A program made the translations under genes and the position numbers. Shown piece after piece: positions 61,809 to 64,000 of a stretch of DNA of 64,000 nucleotides. Under the pieces are notes generated by a model. The model saw nothing but the letters and a program-made list of their open reading frames with translations, was not told the DNA's origin and ran no database searches. The DNA is from Squalus acanthias. Lineage: Eukaryota. The stretch is from positions 24,306,001 to 24,370,000 of the forward strand of contig CM059432.1 in NCBI GenBank assembly GCA_030390025.1, read 5' to 3'. Every line of letters starts with the position of its first letter. Position 1 is the first letter of the stretch.

Positions 61809-63792
61809 CTACTTTTTGCCCTTCGAGGGTGATCTCCTTCCCTTGCGCACTTCCCCCCTTCTAACCCTACTGCTCCTCCGTAATGGGACCTCAGTGGCTG
61901 CAGCAAGGCTGGTGGAAGGCTGCTGCTCGTCAGACCCTGACACTGCAGATGCCCCTGAAGGACGGCCTCGACCACTTCTGGGCCTGGAGGGCCCGGCTGC
62001 AGACTGCACCAACTCTGCATGGGCGGCAGCAGTCTGTCCTACAGGCGGTGGCAAGTGCAGTGGAGAAGTGACAGTGTAGGCAGCAGGAATGCTGTCATCG
62101 TGAGAGAGGCCAGCAACTCCCTGCTCGCCCGACACACTGGCACTCCCACGGGGCAGCACTTCAGCATCCGGAGCAATCTGCCGGAGAACAGATTTCTGGC
62201 CTGCTGCGGCGCGGTGACAGCCCCGGGGACATGTGCACGAACCATCGAGGTTGGCAGCAGTCTGTGCTCGCGTGGCCTCCATCTGAGTCTGTATGAGAGC
62301 AGTCAGAGGTGGGATCACGGCAGCCAGTGACTGAATTGCAGCACTAAGCGTTAGTGTGGCATCCGCCTGTGCTACAGCGAAGTGCTCCACACTCCTTGCC
62401 AGTGACTCAATGCAATCGGGCACCCTTCCCACTGCACCCATGAGCTCAGTGTGCATGCACACCGCCTGGGTGTTCATTTCTGCAATCAGCCGCTCCTCCT
62501 CTGCGTCCATTGCAGTAGGAGTGTCTGGCATACTCTCCCTCTGGGGAGAAGGCCCCCGTTCTTTCCTACCCCCCCATGGCATTGCTGCAGCCCGCTGGGT
62601 CCTGGAGCTTCACCATCATCAGCCCCTTCCCCCCTGCTCCCCTCCGGGGAAGGCGTGTTCCCAGTGTGGGCATGGGCTTCCTCGGGAGAGGGTGGCACTG
62701 ATGCTCTGGCTTCCTCTTCCTCCTCAGCTGCAGCATCACTCCCAGTGGCAGCTTCAGGGCCCGTCTCCTCAGCTGGTGAATCACCATCTGAAAGCAGGAA
62801 GGTACAAAAGTGGCTTTAGCGTGAGGACAGGGTGGCAGTAAGGGAGGAATAAGTGCAGCGAGTTAGCAAGTTGGATTGAAAGTGTCAAAGGCTGGTGTTG
62901 TGAGGGACAAGTGGAAGGACAGAGGACAAAAAGGTGATGACCTTACCATTGCTGTCCAGAACGGGGTCGGCGTCTCCAGTGGCGACGGGACCGATCACCC
63001 GGCTTGCCACAATCCTGTGGACGCGCTCCTCCAGATCGCTGAGGGGTTGCAGCTGAAGCCGCCTTCCACCTGTCCGTTGCTGCTGTCTCCTATTATGAGC
63101 CAGCTTAGCCTGCAAGAAAAAGGACAGCATCTGAGTAAATATGCAGCCATGGTCTTGCCTGATGTGCCTCCCATAGGTGAATAGCCCTTACAATATACAG
63201 CCATGGTCTTGCCTGATGTGCCTCCCATAGGTGAATAGCCCTTACAATATGCAGCCATGGTCTTGCCTGATGTGCCTCCCATAGGTGAATAGCCCTTACT
63301 GTATGCAGCCATGGTCTTGCCTGATGTGCCTCCCATAGGTGAATAGCCCTTACAATATACAGCCATGGTCTTGCCTGATGTGCCTCCCATAGGTGAATAG
63401 CCCTTACTGTATGCAAAGTGTGGAATGTGTGTGTGTGTTTGATGAAAGGGCCATAGGTGTTGGATGAGTGTTGTGCTTTGGGGTTTTAAGACCCTCTGGC
63501 CATAGAGTGAGGTTGAGATGGAGGGATGGAGAGGTATTGAGAAAAAGCCACTCACCCTGACGACCCGAGTGAGGTCGTTGAACTTTTTGCGGCATTGAGT
63601 ATGGGTCCTGGGCACCATGCTCCTGGAGGAGACGCTCTGAGCCACCTCCCTCCACACTCTTCTGAACTCGCGTGGCAAAGGCCTCCTGCCACTCTCAGGG
63701 AACAGCATACATCGTCTGCGCTCCACTGCGTCAACCAGAGCATCCAAGGCCCGCTCGGTGAAGCGATGAGCGCGTTCTCTCACCCTCTCCAT
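61809..63792 (-). CDS. Harbinger Myb/SANT DNA-binding gene, exons 63792-63556, 63109-62947, 62787-61809; one frameshift at a G7 run
   Basis: RAHRFTERALDAL...WREVA...RTHTQCRKKFNDL|AKLAHNRRQQQRTGG; canonical GT-AG sites; basic C-terminal tail. Confidence 0.82.
63141..63415. repeat. 54-bp tandem repeat, 5 units, in Myb intron 1
   Basis: Units differ only in the CAATATAC / CAATATGC / CTGTATGC segment. Confidence 0.95.
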
Positions 63793-64000
63793 GCTTGGCA
63801 GCAAAATGGATTACAGGTCTCTCCAGGCTGAGATTCAAGGCTGCAATGAGCAGGGTGTGGCTGGGGAGCAAGTGGCCCCCCCCGCTTTAAGAAGTGTCCG
63901 GCGCCAGTGTGTCTGTGTTCCCTCGCTAACTGGCAGCAGCTGCGCTGCGCTCGCGCGCTGAGTTAGCGCCTCACTCCTTGGCCTTTGCGCCTTAAGAGAG

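Larger units (their letters stand above)
59843..64000. mobile_element. PIF/Harbinger DNA transposon, right end outside the window
   Basis: Begins GGGGTAAAAATTCAC after TAT; CpG-rich subterminal GCGCTAA motifs; convergent transposase and Myb genes. Confidence 0.93.

Noticed and set aside
63141..63415. CRISPR-like array
   Set aside because: Head-to-tail 54-bp units with no unique spacers, in a eukaryotic intron.

Overview
Repeat-saturated vertebrate genomic DNA, probably intronic or intergenic. The repeat repertoire (CR1 LINEs with microsatellite tails, Deu-domain SINEs resembling shark SacSINE1, L2, RTE, Penelope-like elements) suggests a cartilaginous fish; this is an inference. No host gene can be identified with confidence, only isolated splice-site-bounded exon candidates. 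Most ORF-track entries are LINE fragments or their antisense shadows. Main points: (1) a young PIF/Harbinger transposon at 59843-64000+ with an intact DDE transposase and a convergent 3-exon Myb/SANT gene broken by one homopolymer frameshift; (2) a 3.2-kb deleted Harbinger, two further Myb exon relics and about 10 GGG...CCC MITEs sharing hairpins, TGACAG palindromes and splice-donor motifs; (3) two Penelope-like families with hammerhead-ribozyme motifs, present as RT/GIY-YIG copies, a ~1.05-kb palindrome and several 90-240 bp TSD-flanked mini-elements, three of them fold-backs with a hammerhead motif on each strand; (4) multi-level nesting, including a solo LTR inside a Penelope inside a CR1. 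Boundaries of old elements are approximate and family names come from motif recognition, not database searches.
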